Source of the DNA: Promethearchaeota archaeon
GTDB taxonomy: Archaea; Asgardarchaeota; Lokiarchaeia; Sigyniarchaeales; SOKP01
Assembly: GCA_030606485.1 (NCBI GenBank)
Contig: JAUWGH010000007.1
Span: 210,001 to 242,000 of the forward strand
DNA: 32,000 nucleotides
Direction of reading: 5' to 3'
Shown piece after piece: positions 18,913-27,527 of this stretch (positions within the stretch are counted from its first letter, which is position 1; each line of letters opens with the position of its first letter). A program made the translations under genes and the position numbers. The notes beneath the pieces are model-generated. The model saw only the letters and a list, made by a program, of their open reading frames with translations, made no database searches and was not told the origin of the DNA.

Positions 18913-20055
18913 TTAGAAACAACGATGTATTACCTGAGGTCCCATCTCTTTATATTCACGCCTAGTCACCCACATTCTATGGAATGTTTTTAGAGATGCG
19001 AGAATGGAACCACCAATCCATACACTGTACATCCGCTCTGGAGGAGCTATAATTTTAACGTCAACGCTTTCAGGAATTTGTTCTTTTATCTCCTTGGTCA
19101 ATCGTTCTTTTAAACCAGGGTACATTGTGGAACCGCCAGAAAGAACGATATTCCCATAGAGATCTCTTCTTAAATCGACATCACATTCAGAAATTGAACT
19201 TACAATAATATCATCCATGGGCTCCAATTCTTTACCAATTACAGATGGGTTAAACATGCATTCAGGTGCAAGGAATCTCTCAACTCCAACATTAATTGTT
19301 TCACCATCTGGTAACATATAGGATTTTTCCATACCTGCTACTTTCTTGGAAAGCATCATTTCCTTTTCCGGATCGACAGCTACATAGCATAATTTCTCTT
19401 TAATGTCTCGTACAATTTCTTTTTCAGCTGAAGTAGTAAATGCATAACCTTTTTGTCTTAGTAATCTTTGTAGGTAATTCGTAATATCTCTACCTGCAAG
19501 ATCAATTCTTTGAATTGCATGGCTTAATGCGAATCCCTCGAATATTGGGACAACGTGTGAAACACCATCTCCAATATCTATAACGCATCCAGTTGTACGA
19601 CCAGAGGCGTATAGAGATAGTACTGCTTGCATAGCAACATATAACGCAGGAACATTAAAGGTTTCAAACATAATTTCAGCCATTTTTTCTCTATTTGGTC
19701 TTGGGTTTAATGGTGCTTCGGTTAAAAGCACTGGATGTTCGCTAGGATCGATACGAAGATCTGTATAAAAAGTATAATGCCATATTTTTTCCATAGCGGT
19801 CCAGTCTTCTATAATACCGTGCTCGACAGGAAACATTAATTTGAGGACACCTTTGAGTTGTAATGCTTCTTCCCCAATATAATACTCTCTAGTATAGTGC
19901 TCTACATCCGTCATTATACTTTCGTATTTAGGATATCCTATAAGCGTTGGAAACACGGATCGTGGCTGATCTTCTCCAGCAAAACCATTCTTTGAAATAC
20001 CAGTTCCATTATCTACGACCAAGGCTTTAGCGGAAAGAAAATCTTCTTCGGTCAT
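18913..20055 (-). CDS. Asgard actin (Lokiactin-type)
   Basis: [94 protein letters not shown]-terminal HRCF. Confidence 0.97.
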   Translation of the reverse strand: MTEEDFLSAKALVVDNGTGISKNGFAGEDQPRSVFPTLIGYPKYESIMTDVEHYTREYYIGEEALQLKGVLKLMFPVEHGIIEDWTAMEKIWHYTFYTDLRIDPSEHPVLLTEAPLNPRPNREKMAEIMFETFNVPALYVAMQAVLSLYASGRTTGCVIDIGDGVSHVVPIFEGFALSHAIQRIDLAGRDITNYLQRLLRQKGYAFTTSAEKEIVRDIKEKLCYVAVDPEKEMMLSKKVAGMEKSYMLPDGETINVGVERFLAPECMFNPSVIGKELEPMDDIIVSSISECDVDLRRDLYGNIVLSGGSTMYPGLKERLTKEIKEQIPESVDVKIIAPPERMYSVWIGGSILASLKTFHRMWVTRREYKEMGPQVIHRCF

Positions 20056-20311
20056 TGTATTTTACCAATTTGTTTTAATTTAATATTTATTTTTATTGTT
20101 AATATAAAATTACATATATTTTTGGCTTTATAATTTTATATTTTTTAAGTGGATATTTTCACATTTTATATGTAATACACTTAAAGTTAATTTATATATG
20201 CTCTTTTTTCTATTTATATGTTATTATCTGATTCGATAGTAAATGAATGCTTAATGGTTCAGAAATGAGGAAATTATTACCACATATTGAAAAAATTCTT
20301 AGAGTTCTTCG

Positions 20312-20329
20312 ATTTGTATTAATACAAAT
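20312..20329. promoter_or_regulatory. Perfect 18-bp palindrome ATTTGTATTAATACAAAT (candidate protein-binding site)
   Basis: Self-complementary sequence in the intergenic region upstream of lokiactin; function inferred only. Confidence 0.35.
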
Positions 20330-20398
20330 ATCTCAATTATTAGATAAAAAAATCTAAAAAAAATTTAAATGTTAAAATTTAATGAATTTCTAAATACA

Positions 20399-20491
20399 AG
20401 AAATATTAATGATAATTTCTCAATATATGACATTGAGAAAAAATAAACTTTAACTAATTAAAAGGAAGTAAGTTATGTTAACAGGAATTCA
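20399..20491 (+). repeat. 93-nt copy of the radical SAM promoter and first codons (MLTGI); partner at 24391-24483
   Basis: AGAAATATTAATGAT...CATTGAGAAAAAA...TTATGTTAACAGGAATTCA versus AGAAATATTAATGAT...CATTGAGAAAAAA...TTATGTTAACTGGAATTCA. Confidence 0.9.
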
Positions 20492-20496
20492 AATTC

Positions 20497-20523
20497 TAAT
20501 TCAATATCTTGAAAATAAAATGT
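20497..20523 (+). repeat. 27-nt direct repeat (uvrB-like fragment IQYLENKM); partner at 24325-24351
   Basis: TAATTCAATATCTTGAAAATAAAATGT versus TAATTCAATATCTTGAGGATAAAATGT, 2 mismatches. Confidence 0.88.
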
Positions 20524-20838
20524 TCATGGCAACAAAAGAACTAAAAACCCAACTATAGATGGATCTATAACTCCAATAAAATACACTAAGATTATCAAGC
20601 CCGGCCACAATGAAAACCAGCCAATAATGCATGCAAGATATGAGATTTGCCATATATATAAAAACTTACTCCTCATTTTAACAGAAACATGATTATTGAA
20701 CCAATTAAATTGTGAATTGATCTTAGTTCCAGCGATGCTAATGATAAATCCAATTAATGGGGGACCAAAACCCCCTCCAAAAAGGAGTAGAACAATTGAG
20801 AGTAAAAATAAGACCAACTTACTATGCTTTTTTTCCAA
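20524..20838 (-). pseudogene. 3' fragment of an uncharacterised multi-TM membrane protein
   Basis: KKHSKLVLFLLSIVLLLFGGGFGPPLIG looks like the middle of a longer membrane protein. It has only a TTG start, with an in-frame TGA three codons upstream. Confidence 0.5.
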
Positions 20839-20918
20839 TAAACTTCATTATTCTCATGGAAAAGTATTGCATTCTCGCTGATAATTACTATAATTCATAT
20901 ATTTTTTACCATCGAGGA

Positions 20919-21683
20919 CTAAGATGGTTGGGAAACGTCTTTTTTACTGATTTGGATTAATTTCCTCCCAATGAGAAATTGTCAAACTAATATAAAGGGA
21001 GCGGCTAATATAAAGGGAGCGGCAAGGATAATTGGAATGGCAGATAAGGAAGGGAAAAAGATCGTTGGAATAAAATACGAAAGAAGACATAAATTAGCAA
21101 TGATCCCAGAACGTGCATTCAATTTACTAAATATCGGATTCCTTAGCATAATGATTGAGGAAATTAAACACGCTGATACTATAAAGAAATGACTTAAATA
21201 CATTGCAGTTCCTTGAAAAGCTATTCCGGGATTATTTATGGCTAATAATGCTTCACCTGCAGCGAGAAGTATCAATCGTTGTTCTTCGGAAGTGGTATTG
21301 AAGTAAAGTTTACTGAGGTTTAGCAATGCAAAAGCTTGGTTGGATGCGAAAGATAATATTATTCCGACTAAACCTAGAACAGAAGCATATACCATTGCAC
21401 CATAATTGGTTTTATGGAGAACTCCAAAGAGAGCTAAAAGCATCACCCCGACTAAAAAATTATTGACTAAGTCAAAAATATCTAGAAAAACTAAACCCAA
21501 AAATGGACTATCATCTAGAAGAGTAAACCATTCAATTGCAGTTGTGGGCATAACCTCAGGACCAATATGGAAAATTCCATTGAGTTCTGAACCAATATTT
21601 TTCCTGAAGATGAATACGGCAAGTAACGCGACAATTCCGCCTATTTTAAATAATAAATTCCATTGAGTTCTATTTTCTTCCAT
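20919..21683 (-). CDS. DUF4386-like membrane protein, probably truncated by a TGA at 20982-20984
   Basis: Multi-TM protein with PTTAIEWFTLL and LLNLSKLY...QRLILLAAGEALLA; likely ATG at 21683. The frame continues past the TGA as QFLIGRKLIQI to a TAG at 20919. Confidence 0.6.
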
Positions 21684-21717
21684 TTTTGGAAGACCGCCAG
21701 AAGTAGATACAGTTGTT

Positions 21718-22332
21718 TTAGTTGCATTTCGCAAGTTCACTCATCTCTCCGTTTATAATAGGTGGATTTGCCAATTCTTTTGCCAATTCTTTTGCCCAAT
21801 TCTGGATGGCATCCCAGTTTCTCGTATCATAGACTCCTGGTTTTGTCTCCTTGATTCCTGCAGCTTTAAGTTCTAATTTTAGTGGCCCCATAAATTTTTT
21901 AGCCCAGAATGGCATATTATTATAATCCCATATACCTCCAAACAGACCCATTGAGATTGGATGCAGATTATATTTAGAAGCTTTTTCTTCAAGGTATTTT
22001 CTTCTCGCTCTCCCAATTTCTTCGGGGTCTCCATCATGATCGGGTAAACCTTGTGCACCAGAGGACACAAAGAGAGCCACTTTCTTGTTTTCCAGTTCTC
22101 GACTAAATCGTTTCAAAAAACCTTCAGCTTTACTAGTCCATCTGTTGATCTGAATTCCGCTGCCAATAATAATAAGCTCATACTCTGCTATATCTCGAAC
22201 TTTCTCTTTTTTGAGATTAACTACCTTAACATCTAATTCTTCATCTTGAAGAACTTTAGCAATTTCCTCTGCGGTACCGGTAGTTGCTCCATAACGGGTA
22301 CCATATACAATTAAAATTTTGTTTTTTTTCAT
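21718..22332 (-). CDS. Flavodoxin domain protein (HemG/Flavodoxin_5-like)
   Basis: ILIVYGTRYGATTGTAEEIA FMN-binding loop, YELIIIGSGI, VALFVS, DTRNWDAIQNWAKEL; ATG at 22332 preferred to TTG at 22350. Confidence 0.85.
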   Translation of the reverse strand: MKKNKILIVYGTRYGATTGTAEEIAKVLQDEELDVKVVNLKKEKVRDIAEYELIIIGSGIQINRWTSKAEGFLKRFSRELENKKVALFVSSGAQGLPDHDGDPEEIGRARRKYLEEKASKYNLHPISMGLFGGIWDYNNMPFWAKKFMGPLKLELKAAGIKETKPGVYDTRNWDAIQNWAKELAKELANPPIINGEMSELAKCN

Positions 22333-22336
22333 TTTT

Positions 22337-23014
22337 TTATCTTCCTCCAATTATTTTTTTTCTAGCTATCCCTTGTAATAACATGTCAATCGAGTGTTGA
22401 AGATATCCCTCAGCGGTGATGCCATACGTCTCTAAGAGTAATTGATTTACGGGAGATAGATGTACTATACCCTCAATGGCAGAAACCAAGAACATTACTG
22501 TCTTTATTGGATCCATGTCCTTTCTTATTGTACCATCTTTAATTCCCAAACTGACAGCGTCCGTTAACATACCAAGTAATTCTTTTTTTAGTCCGATATA
22601 TTCTTCCGCGTTTTCAATTTCTGTATCATCATCCTCGTCGATTTGAAGCATTTTCATAAAACGAGGAGCTCTAGCTGAAAGATTAAGACGATAATAATCT
22701 GAGTGAATTTGTATGTAATCAAAGTAAGCTAGAATTATGCTCATTATTTTTCCTAATCCTGTAGTCTCGTTTTTTACAGCATTTTTAAACGTATCCCTAA
22801 GGATAACCATACCTTTTATTACTACGGCAAAATACAACGAAAGTTTATTTTTAAAATACAAATAGAGCGTCGTTTTAGAAAGCTCTAAATCTCCAGCGAT
22901 ATCATCCATGGAGACCTCATCATAACCTTTTTCAAAGAATCTCTTTTTTGCGGCTTCGAGGATATTATTGTATCGTTGTAATTTTTCGCGTTCTCTTCTA
23001 GATAATTTTGAAAT
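22337..23014 (-). CDS. TetR/AcrR family transcriptional regulator (start extended to an ATT)
   Basis: The frame upstream of ATG 22909 is open and reads SKLSRREREKLQRYNNILEAAKKRFFEKGYDEVS-MDDIAGDLELSKTTLYLYFKNK, a complete TetR HTH. GGTGA SD at 23021-23025. Confidence 0.85.
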   Translation of the reverse strand: MSKLSRREREKLQRYNNILEAAKKRFFEKGYDEVSMDDIAGDLELSKTTLYLYFKNKLSLYFAVVIKGMVILRDTFKNAVKNETTGLGKIMSIILAYFDYIQIHSDYYRLNLSARAPRFMKMLQIDEDDDTEIENAEEYIGLKKELLGMLTDAVSLGIKDGTIRKDMDPIKTVMFLVSAIEGIVHLSPVNQLLLETYGITAEGYLQHSIDMLLQGIARKKIIGGR

Positions 23015-23051
23015 CTTAATTCACCACTTTTAATTTATTAATCACTTTGTC

Positions 23052-23100
23052 TTACTACAAGTTATTTATTTTACTAATAGTAAGGTAATTACTATAGTGA
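23052..23100. promoter_or_regulatory. Array of three TTACTA-N-TAGTAA-like palindromes upstream of tetR
   Basis: TTACTACAAGTTA (23052), perfect TTACTAATAGTAA (23071), TTACTATAGTGA (23089); spacing 19 and 18 nt. Confidence 0.7.
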
Positions 23101-23101
23101 T

Positions 23102-23992
23102 CTAGGGGGTGGATGGATGTGATTTTTGCTTAACCATTTCTTGTACTCGTGCGTAAGGATGTAGATATCTTCCTTTCTCTTCAGTAAAGGATTTCATGTA
23201 GAATTTCGAGTATACTTGAATCGCTTGGGTAGGACAATAATTCAAGCAGGCATAACACATATAACATTCAATATTGCGCTGCCATGAAGGTGTATCATTC
23301 ACTATGGTAATTTTCTTAGAAAGACATACTTTCTCACAGGTTCCACACCCGGTACATTTTGAATCAGCGTAAAAGTATTTTCTTACTTTCGTAGCTACGT
23401 GATGGACTGCAAAAGGAATAAGTCGTTCTAAAATATAGTTCAGTGGGCGAAAGCGAGAAAACGTGACTCCGCTAACGTCGTCTTGATATAGTTCTCGATT
23501 AATTATCGTTTTTTGAATCAAATTTAGTTTTTGCTGCACGTTCCTTTCAATTTCTTTTAATTCCTCGCTTTTCGGGACGATAAAGGATTTCAATTTGGGG
23601 TCATTCATATACATATTGATAATGAAGCTTGCGTGTATTTCTTTTTCTTGTTTTTTAAGAATATTATTGATGGTCATAAATCCGCGAAAAATGGTTCCTC
23701 CACGGGTTGCAATTGCAAAAAGATACTCGGAAGCTGTCAAGTCGAGTTTCCTCAAGAACTTTTTTACCGGAATGGGAATGGTTAAACCGTGACAAGGAAA
23801 GACGAACCCGATAGTATCTGCGGTGGTTTCTATTTTTTTATCCCTCTCATCCTCCCCCACCTTTACCTTTGAACATGCATTTAAAAGCGCCGCAATGGGG
23901 ACGAGCGTCGAGTCTGGAATCCGTTTTTGTAATTCTCTTGCAACATATAACGAGTTTCCAGTTCCTGAAAAATAATAGATTTCGGTGGTCAT
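23102..23992 (-). CDS. EFR1-family ferredoxin (N-terminal flavodoxin-like domain plus 2x[4Fe-4S])
   Basis: YFSGTGNSLYVA, IGFVFP, CTGCGTCEKVC and CYMCYACLNYCP. Confidence 0.88.
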   Translation of the reverse strand: MTTEIYYFSGTGNSLYVARELQKRIPDSTLVPIAALLNACSKVKVGEDERDKKIETTADTIGFVFPCHGLTIPIPVKKFLRKLDLTASEYLFAIATRGGTIFRGFMTINNILKKQEKEIHASFIINMYMNDPKLKSFIVPKSEELKEIERNVQQKLNLIQKTIINRELYQDDVSGVTFSRFRPLNYILERLIPFAVHHVATKVRKYFYADSKCTGCGTCEKVCLSKKITIVNDTPSWQRNIECYMCYACLNYCPTQAIQVYSKFYMKSFTEEKGRYLHPYARVQEMVKQKSHPSTP

Positions 23993-24035
23993 GGGAATTA
24001 ACTTTATTTTCTTATTAATATAAGTCCATTATAAG

Positions 24036-24084
24036 TTACTATTAGTAATACTCTGACTATCAGTAATTATATTACTAATAGTAA
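24036..24084. promoter_or_regulatory. Array of three TTACTA-N-TAGTAA palindromes upstream of the EFR1 gene
   Basis: TTACTATTAGTAA (24036), TGACTATCAGTAA (24054), TTACTAATAGTAA (24072); exact 18-nt period. Confidence 0.75.
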
Positions 24085-24158
24085 TATTTGTATATAAATC
24101 TTGCGATCATAGAAATAGATGTTAAATTCAAAGTTTAACTTTGAGATATAATACATAG

Positions 24159-24353
24159 ATGGACCATAATACATAGAATAGCATTACTCCACAAACTATT
24201 CAGAAAAACATTTTAGATTCTCTTTCTGAAGAACAGGAATTTAAGGAAAGGGAGGTCAAAAGATTAAAGCAAAATGTTCATGATAAAATCCAAGAATTAG
24301 AGAAAGAAGGAGATATTGAAGTTGTAATTCAATATCTTGAGGATAAAATGTAG
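24159..24353 (+). pseudogene. uvrB: Remnant of a uvrB-like 3' end
   Basis: MDHNT*NSITPQTIQKNILD...IEVVIQYLEDKM* resembles the UvrB tail (MEYNxxHGITPxTIxKxI...UVR coiled coil); internal TAG at codon 6. Confidence 0.6.
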
Positions 24354-24390
24354 CATTTAAAAAAATTTGGCTTTAATAATTATAAAAACT

Positions 24391-24483
24391 AGAAATATTA
24401 ATGATTATATCTCAGTGTATAGCATTGAGAAAAAAATGAAAAATTAACTGTAAAAGAAAGAATATTATGTTAACTGGAATTCA
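24391..24483 (+). repeat. Radical SAM promoter/start region duplicated at 20399-20491
   Basis: See partner repeat. Confidence 0.9.
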
Positions 24484-25369
24484 TTTTCTTCTAACATATG
24501 CCTGTAATTTTGAATGTAATCACTGCTTTTTATATTGTTCACCGGTTTCAGAGGGAACTTTCAACCTTAAGCAAATAAGGAACGTTCTTGATGAGGCAAC
24601 CAAAATTGAAACGATAGAATGGATTTATTTTGAAGGTGGGGAACCATTTCTTTACTATCCGCTGATGCTTGAGGGGATAAAAATTGCACGTAATAAAGGA
24701 TTTAAGGTTGGAATAGTAACTAATTCGTATTGGGCAACGGCTATTGAAGATGCATCACTTTGGCTTAAGCCAATTCGAGATCTTGAAGTTTCGGATTTCA
24801 GCGTTAGTGATGATTTATATCATTTCGAAGATGAAAAAGAAAATCTCGCTAAAATAGCTTTCACGGCTGGGAAAAAACTGAATTTACCTATGAGTTCGAT
24901 AACTATTGAGGAACCTACAGTTGAAGTTGAAATAACTAAGGAACAAGAAAAAGGAGCACCAGTTATCGGTGGAGGTGTTATGTTTAGGGGAAGGGCTGTC
25001 GAAAAGTTAATTGAAGGATTACCTCTAAGATGGTGGGAAGAATTTAACCAATGTCCATATGAAGATTTGAGAGATCCTGGGAGAATTCACGTTGATTCAT
25101 TTGGAAACGTCCATCTATGCCAAGGTTTGAGTTTAGGTAATATGTGGGAAATACCATTATCAAAGTTGATTAAGAATTATGATGCGGATTCGCATCCAAT
25201 CTGCGGACCTTTAATTAGAGGAGGTCCTGCCCAATTAGTTAAGGAATATGATATTAAACATGAAGATAAATATGTTGATGAATGTCATTTATGTTATCTT
25301 GCTCGCTTAGCGTTAATAGATAAGTTCCCTAGGTATCTTACACCAAGACAGGTATACGGATTAGAATAG
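24467..25369 (+). CDS. Radical SAM protein with Cys-containing (SPASM/twitch-like) C-terminus
   Basis: CNFECNHC (CxxxCxxC), FEGGEPFL, IVTNSY, and C-terminal CPY...VHLCQG...ICG...DECHLC. Confidence 0.9.
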   Translation: MLTGIHFLLTYACNFECNHCFLYCSPVSEGTFNLKQIRNVLDEATKIETIEWIYFEGGEPFLYYPLMLEGIKIARNKGFKVGIVTNSYWATAIEDASLWLKPIRDLEVSDFSVSDDLYHFEDEKENLAKIAFTAGKKLNLPMSSITIEEPTVEVEITKEQEKGAPVIGGGVMFRGRAVEKLIEGLPLRWWEEFNQCPYEDLRDPGRIHVDSFGNVHLCQGLSLGNMWEIPLSKLIKNYDADSHPICGPLIRGGPAQLVKEYDIKHEDKYVDECHLCYLARLALIDKFPRYLTPRQVYGLE

Positions 25370-25418
25370 GAATTAAATTATAATAAGAGAAAGAGACCTA
25401 GTATTTAATATTAAAAGC

Positions 25419-26555
25419 TTAGCGAGTAATCATCAACTGCTCTAATTCTTCCCTCATTTTTTTAATTTTAGGTTTCTCAAAATGCTCTCGAGCTGGACTC
25501 AAAATATCAATTATCTTATTTGCAATGCCATTTTTTAGGTCGAGTGGATGAATTTTTTTGTCTAAAAATGCATCATCCAATTCTTGGTAGGAAAAAAATT
25601 CTATATCGCCACCATATTGCGCAGACCTCTCGATCAGAAAATGAGAGTCTTTTTCTCTGAAGATAATTGATTTTGCCCAATCTAAAATTGGATTAAATGT
25701 TATATTCCCTTCAGGACAGAATGCAGAATTTATTTTATCTTTTATTTCTTGAGGGTTATCATGAATGAAGACAGCTGATTTTGGAATTGATTTGCTCATT
25801 TTCATTTTAGCCCATAATTCTTGCAGTTGAGATTCATCTGATATTGGCCATATTGGTGGTTTTTGTAAGCCTAAGATTAAATGATGATGGACGCAAATAG
25901 GCTTAATTTTTTTGCCTGTTGTGTTAACTAGGTTATTCTTCTTCATTTTCATTGCAACATCTCGAGCAATCACATGAGCTTTTCTTTGGTCATAACCGGC
26001 ATGCGCAAAATTAATATTTTGGATAAAGATATCCGCAACTTGCATAGCTGGGTATAATAATTTTGCGAAATCGATATTTTCTCCCATTTTCCTCCCCATT
26101 ATTGTAATACTCCTTTGCATTCTGTTTAATGTGGTATTTTTACAAACATCAATGACTGTCTCCCAATAATTATCGTTGTAATGATATAACTCTGTGCCAA
26201 GTGTAAAATTAACCTTATCTGGGTCAGCCCCAACGCACAGTAAGCTTGCCTTTAACCCTTCTTTAAAATATCCAACTGCAACTTCCTTAATTTTTTCCAT
26301 ATTCCCGCTTAATTTGTCGTTGATATAGCTGTGCCAATCAGCTAGGAAAATTGAGCATTTTATTCCAGCATCTAAAAAATCTTTAATTTTACCCATACAG
26401 ATAATCCCAGTCCCTAAATGAATCTTTCCCGAAACCTCAAAGCCAATATAATGATTTAGGGGGATCCCTGTCTCAAGATAAAGTTTTAAATCGTCATCAG
26501 TAAGTACTTCTTCAGTCCCTCTTTTAATTAAGTTAAATTTTTCTTTAACGTCCAT
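25419..26555 (-). CDS. tyrS: Tyrosine--tRNA ligase (archaeal type)
   Basis: YIGFEVSGKIHLG (HIGH equivalent), LYPAMQVADI, GYDQRKAH, KMSKS, INSAFCP, LHPLDLK-like IHPLDLK. Confidence 0.96.
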   Translation of the reverse strand: MDVKEKFNLIKRGTEEVLTDDDLKLYLETGIPLNHYIGFEVSGKIHLGTGIICMGKIKDFLDAGIKCSIFLADWHSYINDKLSGNMEKIKEVAVGYFKEGLKASLLCVGADPDKVNFTLGTELYHYNDNYWETVIDVCKNTTLNRMQRSITIMGRKMGENIDFAKLLYPAMQVADIFIQNINFAHAGYDQRKAHVIARDVAMKMKKNNLVNTTGKKIKPICVHHHLILGLQKPPIWPISDESQLQELWAKMKMSKSIPKSAVFIHDNPQEIKDKINSAFCPEGNITFNPILDWAKSIIFREKDSHFLIERSAQYGGDIEFFSYQELDDAFLDKKIHPLDLKNGIANKIIDILSPAREHFEKPKIKKMREELEQLMITR

Positions 26556-26759
26556 ATTAGGAAATAAAAATCCCCTCTTTAATTATTTTATTAATAACAT
26601 GGGTTATCTAAAACAACGGAAATAACAATATTTCAATCTAAATTAAATTTTAATAATCCAATCCATAAAAAAAATTAAATTGTTAATAAATAAAAATTAT
26701 TTAAATATCTGAATTCAATTATATAAAGTGATTAAAAATTAAAATCAAGTGAATAAAAT

Positions 26760-27467
26760 ATGAGTGTAAAATCATTTTTCGAAAATCTTTGCTTGTTTGT
26801 GGGTGGAACTGTTTTAATCTTAGGAAATATATATCGCGATTTTTTCTTTATCACTATAGGTTCATTAATGGGAGTGGTGTCTCTTGTTCTAGCAATATTG
26901 ATAACAATTGAAAAGAAAGATGAGGAGACTCTCAATGAAAAGATATATTATAATGCTCTCAATTATCTCTATATCGTTGGAATAATTTTAACTATTGGAT
27001 TCCCTATTACAGATCCTACAGTACAACGACTCTTATTTGATGTCGCATTGACTATTGCTACATTTATGATTCTTATTTTTATATGGAATATTTTATATTT
27101 CAAATATAACTTTATGAAAATTGATATAGCAGACACAGATTTTCGAGATCCAACTAAAAAAATACTACTTCCTAGATTCCTTCTTGTATCATTAATCTTA
27201 GGCTTTATACTCGGAGGTATCAATTTCGTTATTAAATTTTTATATAGTTCTATTTTTGTTATTACTGGTTCAAGCGACATAGCTTTCATGATATCAAGTT
27301 ATATTTTACTTATAGTAGTGGCAGTATTTGTTTTAATACTAATCTTTTATCAAAATTTCCAGAAAATGGGCGTAAAATTTAAAGAGATTAAAAAGGAAAA
27401 ACCCAAGAAACCTACAAAGAAAAAGCAAGAAATCAAAAAAGAAACACCTCCTGCTCCAGAAAAATAA
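26760..27467 (+). CDS. Hypothetical multi-TM membrane protein with Lys-rich C-terminal tail
   Basis: About six hydrophobic segments; basic/Pro-rich tail. Confidence 0.6.
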   Translation: MSVKSFFENLCLFVGGTVLILGNIYRDFFFITIGSLMGVVSLVLAILITIEKKDEETLNEKIYYNALNYLYIVGIILTIGFPITDPTVQRLLFDVALTIATFMILIFIWNILYFKYNFMKIDIADTDFRDPTKKILLPRFLLVSLILGFILGGINFVIKFLYSSIFVITGSSDIAFMISSYILLIVVAVFVLILIFYQNFQKMGVKFKEIKKEKPKKPTKKKQEIKKETPPAPEK

Positions 27468-27527
27468 AAATTATAAAAAAAATAAAATTAGAAGAAAATC
27501 CAAGTTATTTTTTATTTTTTATTTATC

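Noticed and set aside
20247-20357. 36-aa ORF MLNGSEMRKLLPHIEK...
   Set aside because: No recognisable homology; short ORFs like this arise by chance.
20982-20984. In-frame TGA as selenocysteine or genetic-code reassignment
   Set aside because: It falls in a hydrophobic helix with no redox-Cys context, and TGA terminates intact genes here (pmbA, ef1b); a nonsense mutation is simpler.
20696-22236. Several short plus-strand ORFs (20696, 20757, 20971, 21406, 21879, 22051)
   Set aside because: They overlap minus-strand cassette genes and show no protein-like motifs.
24036-24084. Periodic repeats as a mini-CRISPR array
   Set aside because: Units are 13 bp with 5-nt spacers, far too short, and there are no cas genes; an operator array fits better.
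20399-24483. Cassette as an IS, transposon or provirus
   Set aside because: No transposase, integrase, terminal inverted repeats or viral genes are visible, so it was not called a mobile element.
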